NCBI GenBank assembly: GCA_032718475.1
Contig: JAUCBJ010003333.1
Location: forward strand, 62,001-126,000
DNA: 64,000 nt
Reading direction: 5' to 3'
From: Nemertoderma westbladi
Taxonomy: Eukaryota; Animalia; Xenacoelomorpha
Below, one piece after another: positions 12,701 to 24,559 of this stretch; the first letter of the stretch is position 1; the number at the start of each line of letters is the position of its first letter. The notes beneath the pieces are model-generated. The model made no database searches. It was not told where the DNA came from and saw only the letters and a list, made by a program, of their open reading frames with translations. The position numbers and the translations under genes are program-made.

Positions 12701-15048
12701 TTCTCGATGGATGGTAGAGAATCTTCCCATTTCATCCACTTCTTTAGTAGTTCTCCCTTAAGTGGATCATCCCACGAGTGGTTTTCAAGCCACATTTGTT
12801 GCACCAAGCTCCGAGCAACTAATATAACTGGGCTAATAAATCCCAATGGATCGAAATAAGTGCTCAGGATACTTAGACAAATCCGTTTAGTTCTAACTGG
12901 ATTATCTCGCTGTTTTAACTGGAAAAACAAGATATCTCTCTCCGTGTCCCATTTTAAACCAAATGTTTTGGTTTCTGGAAGATCGTCCTTGATAAGGTCC
13001 AGATCTTTAACACCTCGGTCTTCTACCAGGATCAATTCCAGAAACTCACGGGAGTTACTAGTGAATTTGGTTAACCGAAATCCACCGCGTTGCAAGCACT
13101 CCACCGTTCCCTTGGCAACATCAATGGCTTCTTCCACCGATGGGAGGGACTTTAAATTGTTGTCCATGTATATATCCCGTTTGATGTTGTCGATAACCGC
13201 TTTAGAAAAGACGTCACAGTTGTCATCGGCAGTGGTACGCACTACCGAACAAGCGTTCGAGGGGCTCGAGATGATCCCGAAAGCCTGGATGGTCATCCAG
13301 TACTCCACCGGTTTTCGGTTGAGGTCTCCTTCAGGCCACCACAGAAATCGTAGGCTGTCTCAATCCCTATCCTGCGCCTTGACTTGTAAGAACATGCCTT
13401 CTATATCTGAAGCGAAAGCGATAGAATATTGCTGCAGACTTAATAATATTCCCAACAAGGATTGGAGTAAGTTGGGTCCCGGCAACAGTTCTGAGTTCAG
13501 GGATTGACCCATGTAAAGGGCGGAGCCGTCGAACACTACCCAGACTTCGTTGGGTTTACCAGGCTTGGGAACGTATTGATGTGTTAGATAATACGTCCTC
13601 TCCGTTATGGGTGTTTCTTCCGGTACTCGCTCCGCGTATCCTTTATTGATAAATTTTTTCAGCTGGGTTTTATACATTTCCCTGGCTGGAACGTTGGCTG
13701 TAAGACGCCGATGTAGTTGCGCGATTCTTTTTTCCGCTAAAGTTCGGTTATTTATAAAATTGGGTTCTCGCTGTCTGAAAGGAAGACCAATCTCATAGCG
13801 ACCTTCGTCTTTCAGATAATGAGTTGTCGTTTCCTGAATCTGCTTGGCTCCTCTTCCTCGACGGACAAAGCTTTGTTGTAGGAATTAGGCTCTACGGCTT
13901 CTTGAGTAAAGAATCATGCGGCGTGTTCATCACGGATTTTGTTGTTGTATCGATCTATCACTTCGTTTAATTCGTCATTATATGTGAATTGTCCGCCATG
14001 TTGATCGATGAGATGGCACAAGTTGACTTGGTTTACCCAAGTTTGGTTTTCGGTGAGGAGGTCGATTGTATTTTCCTCGTCATATAATTGGTTAATGTCG
14101 TCATTATCTGAGGAGTATGGTGTTCCCTCAGTGGTGGTTTCTCCCTCACTGATTTCTTCTTCCCATTCACTCACCTGATGTATCCTGTCATTAGGGAGTC
14201 TTTCCATTAGGGTTCTATGGGAAGGTCCAGTGAAGTACCAACCTACTCTCGTTCTTCCCGCGTACGTCTGCAATGGTTGCGGTCGAGCAGGCCGTTTTTC
14301 TAATGTCTCAAGCGCTTCGTGCGCATTTTGGCCGATTAATATCTGTACCCCAGGATAATCGGTGTGGAATCTAGGTATATCATGTTGCTGGGTAAAATGG
14401 TCTTCATCCCAGTTGTAAGGCTCCACTTGGCTAGTAGCAAAGTTCTTTATCGCCACCATTTTTACCGACCTTATGCTATGTTCTCCTAGTTCATCCTGGG
14501 GAGTGGACAACGCACCCACGTAGTAATCTATAGCTACTGTGGACTTCCAAACCTGCATAATTCCTGAAAGGTTCAACTTAGTTCGGAACTTGGGTTGTTC
14601 AGCAAAGATGTCTTCGGCTAGTTCTTTGTCGATGAATGTAACCGTGCTGCCAGAGTCAAGTAGGGCATTTACTATCAGGCTCTTCCCTAGCCCATGGACT
14701 CTCAGCTGCACCACAGGAAATTCCCGGATTCCGAGAGAGGAAGTTGGCGCTTTCCAAGATGGTTGTCGGTCCGGAATAGTCAAACGAGGATCTTCCATTT
14801 CTGATTCAGTCTCGTACGTAAGCGCTCGATACACATCGGTGTTTATCATATAACAGGATTCATTTTTGTCAGAGAATTCGTCCGTGTAAAATCCTTCCAT
14901 CTCAGAGCTGTGGTCAGTGTCGTTCACATCACTGAATTGGACATGTAGTTCGGGCTCACTTACCTGACTCGGGTGGGTTCTGTCAAATTCTGTGTGCAGC
15001 AAAATATGATGTTTCGCGCCGCACTTAGCACACCTCGCGTCTGAGTAA

Positions 15049-15423
15049 GGGGCCGTCCAAGTATGACGTCCGCACTTTTCTCCAAAATGTTGACCCCCTC
15101 CCTCCCCTAAATCAGATGTCATCAGATAGGCGTTGACACCCCCCCTCCCCTAAATCAGATTAAAAAAAATTTCGCTTCCTAATCACTGAAACATGGTGTC
15201 TGGTATCTGAAACAGAAGGTCCTGCTATGGGCCTTCTGGGGCTTCGAACAATTAAAATAGGCAAGCTATTTACTCTTCTGCTATATCTCTTTTAGCACCT
15301 ATAAATGAACATGCTGACGTCAGATTTTGGCTGACCCCCTACCCTCCCTTCATCAGCATGTCATCAGATTTTCCCAACCCCCCTCCCCACCCTAAAGTGC
15401 TGACGTCATACTTGGACGGCCCC
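15049..15423. mobile_element. PIF/Harbinger-type MITE inserted in the Gag zinc knuckle
   Basis: 22-bp TIR GGGGCCGTCCAAGTATGACGTC; TAA duplicated at 15046-48 and 15424-26. Excision restores in-frame GHQRRTCYSDARCAKCGAKHH. Confidence 0.9.
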
Positions 15424-17479
15424 TAACAGGTCCGTCTTTGATGTCCTCGTCTGAGAAAATTATAACACAACCGCTTATCCCACATGACATCACGTCTATC
15501 CTTAAGGGATTTCTTCAAGAATTCATCACACCCACTCAAGCGATGTGGCCCATCGCACAATGCACATTTGGGTTTGATGTTACTTAATTTAACCTGTGTT
15601 GTGTTGTGCACACTTGTTCTTTCATCGGGCTTTCTTCGATGAACTCTCTTAGGAGACGTAGGAGTTGTTGTTACCTGTTCTCTCCTGTCACTGGTTCGAG
15701 ACTTAGATTTACTTACGTCTTTCCGAGTTTTATTGACATAATAAGATCTTTCAGTGTCTTTCCCGCTGTTCTCCTCGTATGAGGTTTGGCTTTCGCCGTC
15801 GTCTGTATAACACACTGGTGTTACCTTTCTCCTAGAAACGGGTTTTTCACTCACCTTACTTTCCGGTGTCTTCTCTCTGGACTGCTTTAGGAGCTGTAAT
15901 CTTACCTCTCCATTTAAGAATGACATGAGATCAGCCATGGTAGGGTCTCTTTGTTGCTGGTCCATCATATAGAGAACCTTTTTGTCCCAACGAGTACCTG
16001 CTCCACCCTTTGGCAAAGTAGATGCTACGGCTCCAACAACCATAGAACTCTGGTATTCCTGAGACTTACCTAACCAATCTAGCTGTCTACAGATCTCCTG
16101 GATCTCATCGGAAAACTCGATAATCCCGCTACTAAGAAACTTTCGGGGCGCTACTAATTTCGCATACATATATTCGCCTAGCTATGTTAGTCCTATTACC
16201 ATGCCTGATGTTTAGTGTATCCCAAACTTGTCTTAATCCATCTGGATGTCCAATAAACTTTAACGCCATTAACTTGGGAGGTCCTTCCAAGCACTCGATG
16301 AGGAATCTAAGTTTCTCTCCGTTAGATAGTACAGAGTTCTGTATGTTATCTTTATAATATTCATTAAAAGGTAACCATTTCATCTCATCTCCATTAAACT
16401 TGACGACCTCTCCCACCTTTACCGCTTGATGGGCTTTGGTTCTAGCCATTTGATGTGTAAAACTTTCTTGAGCCATCGTATTATTTAATATCGAGTTATC
16501 GGTATATAAATTTCCCGGATTATGATCAGATCTGTATGGGATATCATTATCAACAGGTTTATAATTACCCTTAATAGGGTTTACTATAGGGGTTTCTACT
16601 TCACTAGCAGTATATATGCGTGTAGGCTCCACACCTCGCGCATGAAATACTTCAGACCTAACAGGTTGACACATTGTTACAGGGGGTGGTGGTATACCCA
16701 TTTGTATATTTACTAATTTATCGCGCTCTAAAGCGATACTTTGTTGCACTTCTTGCAACTCTAACCTACTCTCTCTCACTGTTCCCTTTAACTGCTGAAC
16801 AGTCCCTTCCAAATCTCGGACCTGCTGGGAAGAAAGTCGTTTATGTTCCTCCAGCTGTCCAAGCAGGCGATTCATCCCCCGCCGTCCCTCGTCCACCCAC
16901 TCAACCACTGCCGTGGGAGTCACCAACGTGGTAGCTGGGTGACACGTGGGGATGATGGGAGACAAGTCATTTATGTCTTGCTCGGCGTCCAGGACTGGGA
17001 GTGATTCAGGGACTAGTCTACTGGGCACAGGTAGTTTAGTACTGTGCAAAGGGAATTTAAAGTTAGGTTCTGGAAGTACAGGTGTCTCTATCACAGAGGG
17101 AGTGGCTTTGAGGACAGGCCTAATTATTTCGGGCTCATCTACTATAGTAGGGAGTCTTTCTACTCTAATAATTTGGTCTGTAGGCTCAGGATTACTTAAA
17201 TCTACACTAGCTAGTTGCCTTCTCACAGCCGGAGGCAAATTAGGCAACTTCTGCCGGTGTGGCGTTCTTCTACGTCCGCTGGAACGAGTTTTATTTCCTC
17301 TACCTTCAGGATCTGTTGTATCGCCTTCATCAGAGGATGTAAATCCCTGTCTCCTGGGAGTAGATCGACTCAGCAGCTGCATCTGGGTAGCTGTTCTCTG
17401 TTTATTTAAGTAATCTTGCTTCGCTTGAAGATTTTCCAACCCTAGTTGGGTTGTCTCTTCAGATGCTTGTCTTACTGCT

Positions 17480-17725
17480 TCAGCCACTGCCGCTTTTCTT
17501 TCAGCCTCTGCCACTGCTGCTTTCCTTTCAGATTCTGCTGCTGCCGCTGCCGCTTTCCTTTCAGATTCTGCCGCTGCCGCTGCTGCTTTCATTTCAGATT
17601 CTGCCACTGCTGCTGCCGCTTTTCTTTCAGCCTCTGCCGCTTTCCTTTCAGATTCTGCCGCGACCGCTGCCGCTTTTCTTTCAGCCTCTGCCGTTGCCGC
17701 TTTCATTTCAGATTCTGCCGCGGCT
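17480..17725 (-). repeat. Coding tandem repeat (~33/27 bp) encoding KAAAAAAESER units in the Gag N-terminal extension
   Basis: Repeated TTTCAGATTCTGCC(GCT)n; translates to an Ala/Glu/Lys-rich helical tract. Confidence 0.9.
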
Positions 17726-19056
17726 GCTGACCTTCGGTCTTCTATTTTGCTTTTTCTTTATCTGCTCTTCTTGGTCCATAGCGATGAGGATGCTTTCATC
17801 ATATTTAGCTTGCTCCGCGGCTAATATTTCTGCATCTAACGAGTCCAACACAAATTTGGCTCCCTCACTATTAGGGTGGAGTCCAGCTAGCCGTCTCCTT
17901 AGCTCTTTGTCACCTATAAATCGTTGATAGTCTGACAGATAGATGTCAATAGCATCCTTCTTCTGAGGTTTCTCGGATATAGCTTCGCCTTCCACCTGAG
18001 AAAAGGTAGCGTCTGTTGATTCTCCGTGGGTCACGCGTTCAGTTAGCTGAACTTTCCATTGTGTCGTTCCTTGGACTTTAAGACTCACCCGTTGGAACCA
18101 AGTCTTTACGGCCACTTGCAACGAGGTGTCTTGGCTTCTCTTCGAAGCTTCCTCAAAGGCTGAAAGGATTAGTCTGATCCGTAAAATTCGTTCTCGCACT
18201 TGATAAAGCAGCTCTCCCTGCTCTTGAGGTCCTTGATGTTGTTGAAATAGGTGTTCTTCTAATCGCTCCAAAGAACTGAAGAATCCCTGGACATATCCTG
18301 CTGCCGACCTCTTCCACACAGCTGGATCCCGCATGTCCCTTACTACTCCCATCCTGTATAAGTCCTCCCAGGCAGCTTCTGATAAGTTAAACGGGAGTCT
18401 GGGTCCAGGGAAGTTCCATTGCGCCTCTACAATAGACCTCAGTTCCTCCATTGTATATCCCGCATAACTGTCCCTGGTCGATCGCTTACTTCTCGCCCAA
18501 TCGATTTGATGTTCCACCACAGCTATCAACACTCTAGTGAGTACGGCTCCAGGAAGAATTAGAAGTGGATCTGGATAAACCGCTTCTGCCATCCTTGCTC
18601 CGATCTCGGGTGTCAACTCTTCGGTGTCTGAACTGCTAGAGTTATCATGCCTTTGAGAAATAAGTTCTCGGTTCGGGTGTTGCTGCTGTTTAACAGCTGC
18701 CTCTTGGTCCCGCTTAACTTGAGCCCTAGTGCCTATGATAGACCTATGGTGCTTTACTAGCCTAGGGTCTGATACTACTACAACTGTAGGGATGATCTTT
18801 CTTACAGTAGGAAGGGACTTGGACTTCGGTCTCAGATGTTCTATACTCTTATCTGAGTCACAGACTGTTCTTTCTAGGAGACTATCTGACAGTGTTTGCT
18901 TTGTGTCAGCCATGATTTATTTTACAGTTGAATGCCTACTGCTATAACGACAGTTAAAGCAAGTCTAGTAATTCAGTATCAACTGTAAGCCTAGTAATTA
19001 ATTACCGATACCGTTACTCAGTGTAACGTGATATATATATAATATATTAAAATACA

Positions 19057-19293
19057 GGTATACACTTTATAGTATATATATAAGTATTATTACAGACTAG
19101 GTTTAGTCACAGAATACCGGTATATAATTTCAGCCTAAATTTATGTAAATAAATATAATAAGCCTACCGCTGTACCGTAAATACCGGTATACACCTATAG
19201 TATATATAAGTATTATTATAGACTAGGATTAGTTCCATAATACCGGTATATAATTTCAGCCTAAATTTATATAAATATATATAATAAGCCTAC
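19057..19293. repeat. Tandem ~129-bp duplication in the BEL 5' leader
   Basis: GGTATACAC...TACCGGTATATAATTTCAGCCTAAATTTAT...TAATAAGCCTAC occurs twice. Confidence 0.85.
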
Positions 19294-22003
19294 TGTGAAT
19301 ACCAGTAATGTCAATTATTTATAATAACTGAATTTCTGGGTTACTTCCCTTTTACTTATTACTGTTATCAAGCAGTATTCCAACTGATATTAAGACCTAA
19401 TTGATGTATACTGTAACATGCCTACTATTTTATAAATCTGTTTGAGTTGATTTATAATATATATATACTCGTACAAGGGTTTTTGACAATATTTGAAATA
19501 AATGTTATTATTTCTGGATAAGGAGTCACTACACAGAAGCTGAACGCTCTCAGTGGAGTGCTACTTGTTGGACACTAAAACGAATAATTCTACTTTACTA
19601 AGTTACTTATCACTACAAATTACTTACAATTACAGTTTGAGATTACAATCTCTAAATAAACAATAACAAGTTACACATACAATTTTTTAGGGTAATTTTA
19701 CAAGAAATCTATAAACCAGCCTAACAAGGAGTTAGAATTTCTGGTTCTTTCAAACTGACAGGAAACTATGGTATTTGAAAACAATAAAGCAGTAGTAAGT
19801 AAGTTGTGTTGTCCAGATAAGAAAATACCACCGTCTGACGACTTATAGTCTTAGCTCTATAAGTACTACGTTATGTACCCGGAGTGTCCTTACCTAGAGG
19901 TTAATTACCGAAGCCAACCAGAGCTAACGTGCCTATTAACCACGTTACAACACAAATATACTGCCTACACACTAAATTACTTTCGGAAAGCACTGTACGC
20001 TAACCCCAAATTAGGTACAAGTACGTATACAACAAATAACCAGCAGTTAAATATACTTCAACAGCCAAAAGAACCACGGTATCTGCTGGAGTGACCGGAG
20101 CACAAAATCACCAGTCTTTACCTACGCCAAGCAGCCCTGATGTAGTACCGGGATTAATTTAACTATAACGGTATGTATAACAAGCACAATTACTGTAGGA
20201 AAAAACTTGGGGAGTTGGAGGTTGCGAATACTCACATAGACTCTGAATAATAAATATTACGCTACCCGTGCAGACTATACAAACAAAACACAGACCAAAT
20301 GCTGGCAGACTACTGTCAAGCCTAAATAAACTACAGTATATGCAGACTCAGAAATGGTTAGTTAGTAGGCGTTCTAACCGAGTAGTACAACTTATTCTTT
20401 TGGGGAGATTTACCTTACAACACTGGATGCCCCCACCTTCCTAACTAGCACTTTATCGGACAGACACTCTACACACACTGCAATCGCTCCAGACCTAACA
20501 ACAGTTAGACAACAATCCGGCCTACAAATTATTTATACAATCTGAGCAGGCTTACACGCCTTCTGCTCAATATTACACTTGCCGATAAATAAAACTGACA
20601 GACATAAATAAGCTCTAAAAGAAATAAGGGGTGTACAGTCCCTACTCTCTTAAACTGCCTACCAATATACAATATCACAATCGAAATAATACTGGTACCG
20701 GTAAGTACCGTTTCGGGTGTTTGGGCAGTTAGGCCTACAGTTTACTGTCCGACCGGTACATTCGACTTTATTGCCTACGGCGCAATAAAGAAACTTAAGG
20801 GGGGGGGGGGGGGGTACACCCCCCTATGGACCTTTTTTGCAAATGGCTATAATTTCTGCTTGTGTATAATTTTGTATGTTTTATACCTTTCGGGGGGGGG
20901 GGGGGGGGATTAACATATGGCCAAAGATTGGGTTCAAAGAAAAATTTTCAAATTTGCGTCGCCCTCTAGCGGCCACCATAAAAACACTACTAGTCTCACA
21001 ATTTTGGGCGAACATTTTCGAAACTTGGTTTTTCTGAATCAGCATCCTCGGCTCCACAAAACTTATCGGTTACATTTTTTTATTTAGGTCTTAAATATTT
21101 TTCAAATATTATTAACTAATATTAATTATTACTTAATTAATAGATATTAACTAATTTCAAGAAATTAATATGGCACAATTCAAAATTCTAACCGATAACT
21201 TTTGATCAAAACCCGAAAAGAAATCAAACAAAAAAAAAATTTCGAAAATTGGTTAAGAAATGGCTGAGTAGTACAGTACAGGCCACCAGAAAACGCAGAT
21301 TTGTACAATTGTGAACACATTTTATCAATTGTGTACCAGTGTAATGTAATGTTGCTGAACGGGACAATTGAACATAATTGAACATAATTGAATTGGCAAC
21401 AACCAAAATTTTTTCGCCAAAGGATACAATTGAATACTTTTGAAACGCTTAGTAATCTGGAAACTCTCTGTAGTTTGCCGCGAACGCAGCTGCAGCTGGA
21501 AATGCGATAAGGATTTTGTTTACCTTTATAGTGTGCGGTTAATAGTGTCTAGTAGGCAGGCCTATAGTTAGAGATGTTAAGCCATCTTCTGGTGTTTCTC
21601 TGTGCCCTCTCGGTGTCAGACTAGTGGCGCGACATCTCCCTGCACTAAATTAATTATTCAATGGTCTAGGCTCGTCCATCCATATACCCACCCACTCCCA
21701 TACACTCCATGAACCTCCATGTGGTCTTGTATGTAGTTCTCTCTCTACCAATACAGCCCATTGATAGTAACAATGTGTTGGCAAGCTGTATTTTTCGAGG
21801 TGTTTGTTATTATACATTTATTATAGGAAGGGATCTTGGGGTCTTAGCCTCGAATGATAAGTTTATTTTACCGAAAATAACTTATCTTTTATTGGCGCAA
21901 TTGTAGGACTAATCCCATCACATGCGTACTTTTTAACCAGATGGTGTACAAATTTAGGAATCGCGTAATTTTTTCTTGAAATTAATATCTCATATCTCTC
22001 CAA

Positions 22004-22046
22004 ACCACGTACGCGTTTCGACCTTACTGGGTCTCATCAGCGTGGT
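22004..22046 (-). ncRNA. Minimal type I hammerhead ribozyme, copy 1
   Basis: Minus strand ACCACG-CUGAUGA-GACC CAGUAA GGUC-GAAA-CGC-GUA^CGUGGU. Intact core, 4-bp stem II, 6-bp stem I, palindromic ACGCGU stem III. Confidence 0.9.
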
Positions 22047-22110
22047 GTCGGATTCGAACCTGGGACCTCGAGGTGGAAGCCGAGACCACAACCACTAGGC
22101 CACAGGTTCT
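22047..22110 (-). promoter_or_regulatory. tRNA-derived internal Pol III promoter directly 5' of the hammerhead (repeated at ~22453-22516 and ~22865-22928)
   Basis: A box TGGCCTAGTGG, loop CTTCCAC (TCC, Gly-like) and B box GGTTCGAATCC at tRNA spacing; no acceptor stem. Confidence 0.82.
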
Positions 22111-22409
22111 TGAGATATGGAGTATTAATTTCAAAGCCAGCTGCCATTTTTTTAGCCCCTGATTTTTTATTATTGATAGTAACAATGTGTTGGCAAGCTG
22201 TATTTTTCGAGGTGTTTGTTATTATACATTTATTAGGGATCTTGGGGTATTAGCCTCGAATGATAAGTTTATTTTACCGAAAATAACTTATCTTTTATTG
22301 GCGCAATTGTAGGACTAATCCCATCACATGCGTACTTTTTAACCGGATGGTGTACAAATTTAGGAATCGCGTAATTTTTTCTTGAAATTAATATCTCATA
22401 TCTCTCCAA

Positions 22410-22452
22410 ACCACGTACGCGTTTCGACCTTACTGGGTCTCATCAGCGTGGT
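22410..22452 (-). ncRNA. Minimal type I hammerhead ribozyme, copy 2
   Basis: Identical to copy 1. Confidence 0.9.
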
Positions 22453-22821
22453 GTCGGATTCGAACCTGGGACCTCGAGGTGGAAGCCGAGACCACAACCA
22501 CTAGGCCACAGGTTCTTGAGATATGGAGTATTAATTTCAAAGCCAGCTGCCATTTTTTTAGCCCCTGATTTTTTATTATTGATAGTAACAATGTGTTGGC
22601 AAGCTGTATTTTTCGAGGTGTTTGTTATTATACATTTATTATAGGAAGGGATCTTGGGGTCTTAGCCTCGAATGATAAGTTTATTTTACCGAAAATAACT
22701 TATCTTTTATTGGCGCAATTGTAGGACTAATCCCATCACATGCGTACTTTTTAACCGGATGGTGTACAAATTTAGAAATCGCGTAATTTTTTCTTGAAAT
22801 TAATTTCTCATATCTCTCCAA

Positions 22822-22864
22822 ACCACGTACGCGTTTCGACCTTACTGGGTCTCATCAGCGTGGT
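22822..22864 (-). ncRNA. Minimal type I hammerhead ribozyme, copy 3
   Basis: Identical to copy 1. Confidence 0.9.
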
Positions 22865-24559
22865 GTCGGATTCGAACCTGGGACCTCGAGGTGGAAGCCG
22901 AGACCACAACCACTAGGCCACAGGTTCTTGAGATATGGAGTATTAATTTCAAAGCCAGCTGCCATTTTTTTAGCCCCTGATTTTTTATTATTGATAGTAA
23001 CAATGTGTTGGCAAGCTGTATTTTTCGAGGTGTTTGTTATTATACATTTATTATAGGAAGGGATCTTGGGGTCTTAGCCTCGAATGATAAGCAAAATTAA
23101 AAAAAGTAAAATAAACTTATCATTCGAGGCTAAGACCCCAAGATCCTTTCCTATAATAAATGTATAATACAGCCCATGTCCGCAATGTTACGTCCTGTGG
23201 GCTCTCTCATCTACCTGATATCAGACATACAGGCGCACCGCACATTAAGCCTTTGTCGGTCCCAGCAAGTTAGCTAGATAACTCGCCATAACATGCCAAT
23301 CAGATGACTTGAACAAATGTGTTCACATGTGATCACATTGGATGAAATCTGCTTTTTCTGGTGGCCTGTACTGTAGTAGTATTTTGAATGTGAAAAATAC
23401 AATTCCGAGATAAACGCATTTAAAGTTTAAAAACAAAATATTTCAAATGTTCCCGCTATTTTCAGTACTGGTATCTCCTTTTCTTTTCCCATTGGTTATC
23501 CCCTATCCATATTTTGTGATTTCTCAATGGATTTCATGAAATTTGGTTCAAAAAAACCCCTACCCACTTTTAACAACCTGTTAAAATAATTTTAGAGTGC
23601 TTGCCAAAAAACACTTCGCGCAGCACGTGAACAAATTACATTTTGGCGTATTGATTTGATCGCATACTATTTCGTCATTTAGTAATAAATAGTCATGGAA
23701 TAATGAGATAACCTTAAGAAACATACAAAATTATATAAAAATTTCCACATAATTTTATAATAAGCCTTTACACAGAACATTAAGCTTTGTGCAGCACGTG
23801 AAACCTTCGCGCAGCACGTGAGACATTTGCGCAGCAGGTGAAGGTTTCACGTAGAACTTAAATTCTTCATAAAGCATGTTAATTAATCGAGCACCTCGGA
23901 AAGCTTTTTGATCAGAATGAGAAGCCTTCACGCGGCACATGAAAAGTTCATGCTGCACATGAAGACTTCGCGCAGCACGTGAAATATTCTCAGAGCCTGC
24001 GGAATTAAAAAAAATAGATTTATGGTTGTTTCCCAGAATAATTATTACTAGCTATTGTTATATGATGGTTCACATTTGTTATTACTAGTAGTCAACTAGT
24101 CCATTAGACAACTGTTCAATATGTAATACAAAACTCACAAATATCTATTAAATTTATATTAATTAAAATTTGACGGACATGTTGACAGACAGACAGACAT
24201 ACAAACAGACAGACAAACTGAGAGACAGACTGAGATACAGAAATAGTGATTAGATAATTCCAAATATTAAAACAGACATCGACATTAAGAAAAATCCTAA
24301 CAGTAAACATTTCAGATTGCTTATTTTATGCCCTTTTTAATATTTCGATGGGCAGACAGACAGACATACAGACGGAAAACCAGCCATTACTCGAGAAGTA
24401 AAAGAGATCTCGCTAAGCCGTTTCCAGATTTGAAATCCGCATTAAATTCTACTCTAGATGAAATAAAAAAAAACAAAAAATGAAAATTTTGATCTGAGGG
24501 GGGGGGGGGGGGGGGGGTGTACCCCCCCCCCCCCCCCCCCCCCCCTTAAAATCTATTAT

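Larger units (their letters stand above)
10302..18913 (-). pseudogene. gag-pol: BEL/Pao gag-pol polyprotein (disrupted)
   Basis: Gag KFNGDEMKWLPF..EKLRFLIECLEG and knuckles CALCDGPH/CYNFLRRGH/CAKCGAKHHILLH; protease LLDSGS; RT PGPNLL, ASDIEGMFLQV, YMDN; RNase H FGDAS, RAELKAA, WTDA, NPADIASRG; integrase GVDLFGP, PWWGGSWERLIRSVK. Multiple frameshifts and stops. Confidence 0.93.
21760..23169 (-). mobile_element. Retrozyme-like tandem array (~3.2 copies of a 406-412 bp unit) with inverted terminal segment
   Basis: Near-identical units (hammerheads start at 22004, 22410, 22822). Inverted copy of unit sequence at 23106-23169. Flanking duplication AATACAGCCCAT at 21750-61 and 23166-77. Confidence 0.88.
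21274..23373. mobile_element. Tc1/mariner-type MITE (~0.69 kb without the retrozyme insert)
   Basis: TA duplicated (21272-73, 23374-75); TIR CAGTACAGGCCACCAGAAAA(C/A)GCAGATTT at both ends. Confidence 0.88.
20799..24545. mobile_element. Non-autonomous TTAA-targeting TIR element (Kolobok-like)
   Basis: TTAA at 20795-98 and 24546-49. Termini G-run-TACACCCCCC and GGGGGGTGTA-C-run. Purine (GG) start fits Kolobok rather than piggyBac. No transposase ORF. Confidence 0.7.

Noticed and set aside
12860-17927. Plus-strand ORFs 12860-13507, 14539-14853, 16946-17413, 17446-17730, 17451-17927
   Set aside because: Antisense shadows of gag-pol and its coding repeat.
22047-22110. Functional tRNA-Gly genes (also 57008-57080, ~51455-51520, ~59070-59130)
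   Set aside because: Acceptor, anticodon and T stems are not properly paired; these are SINE-type heads.
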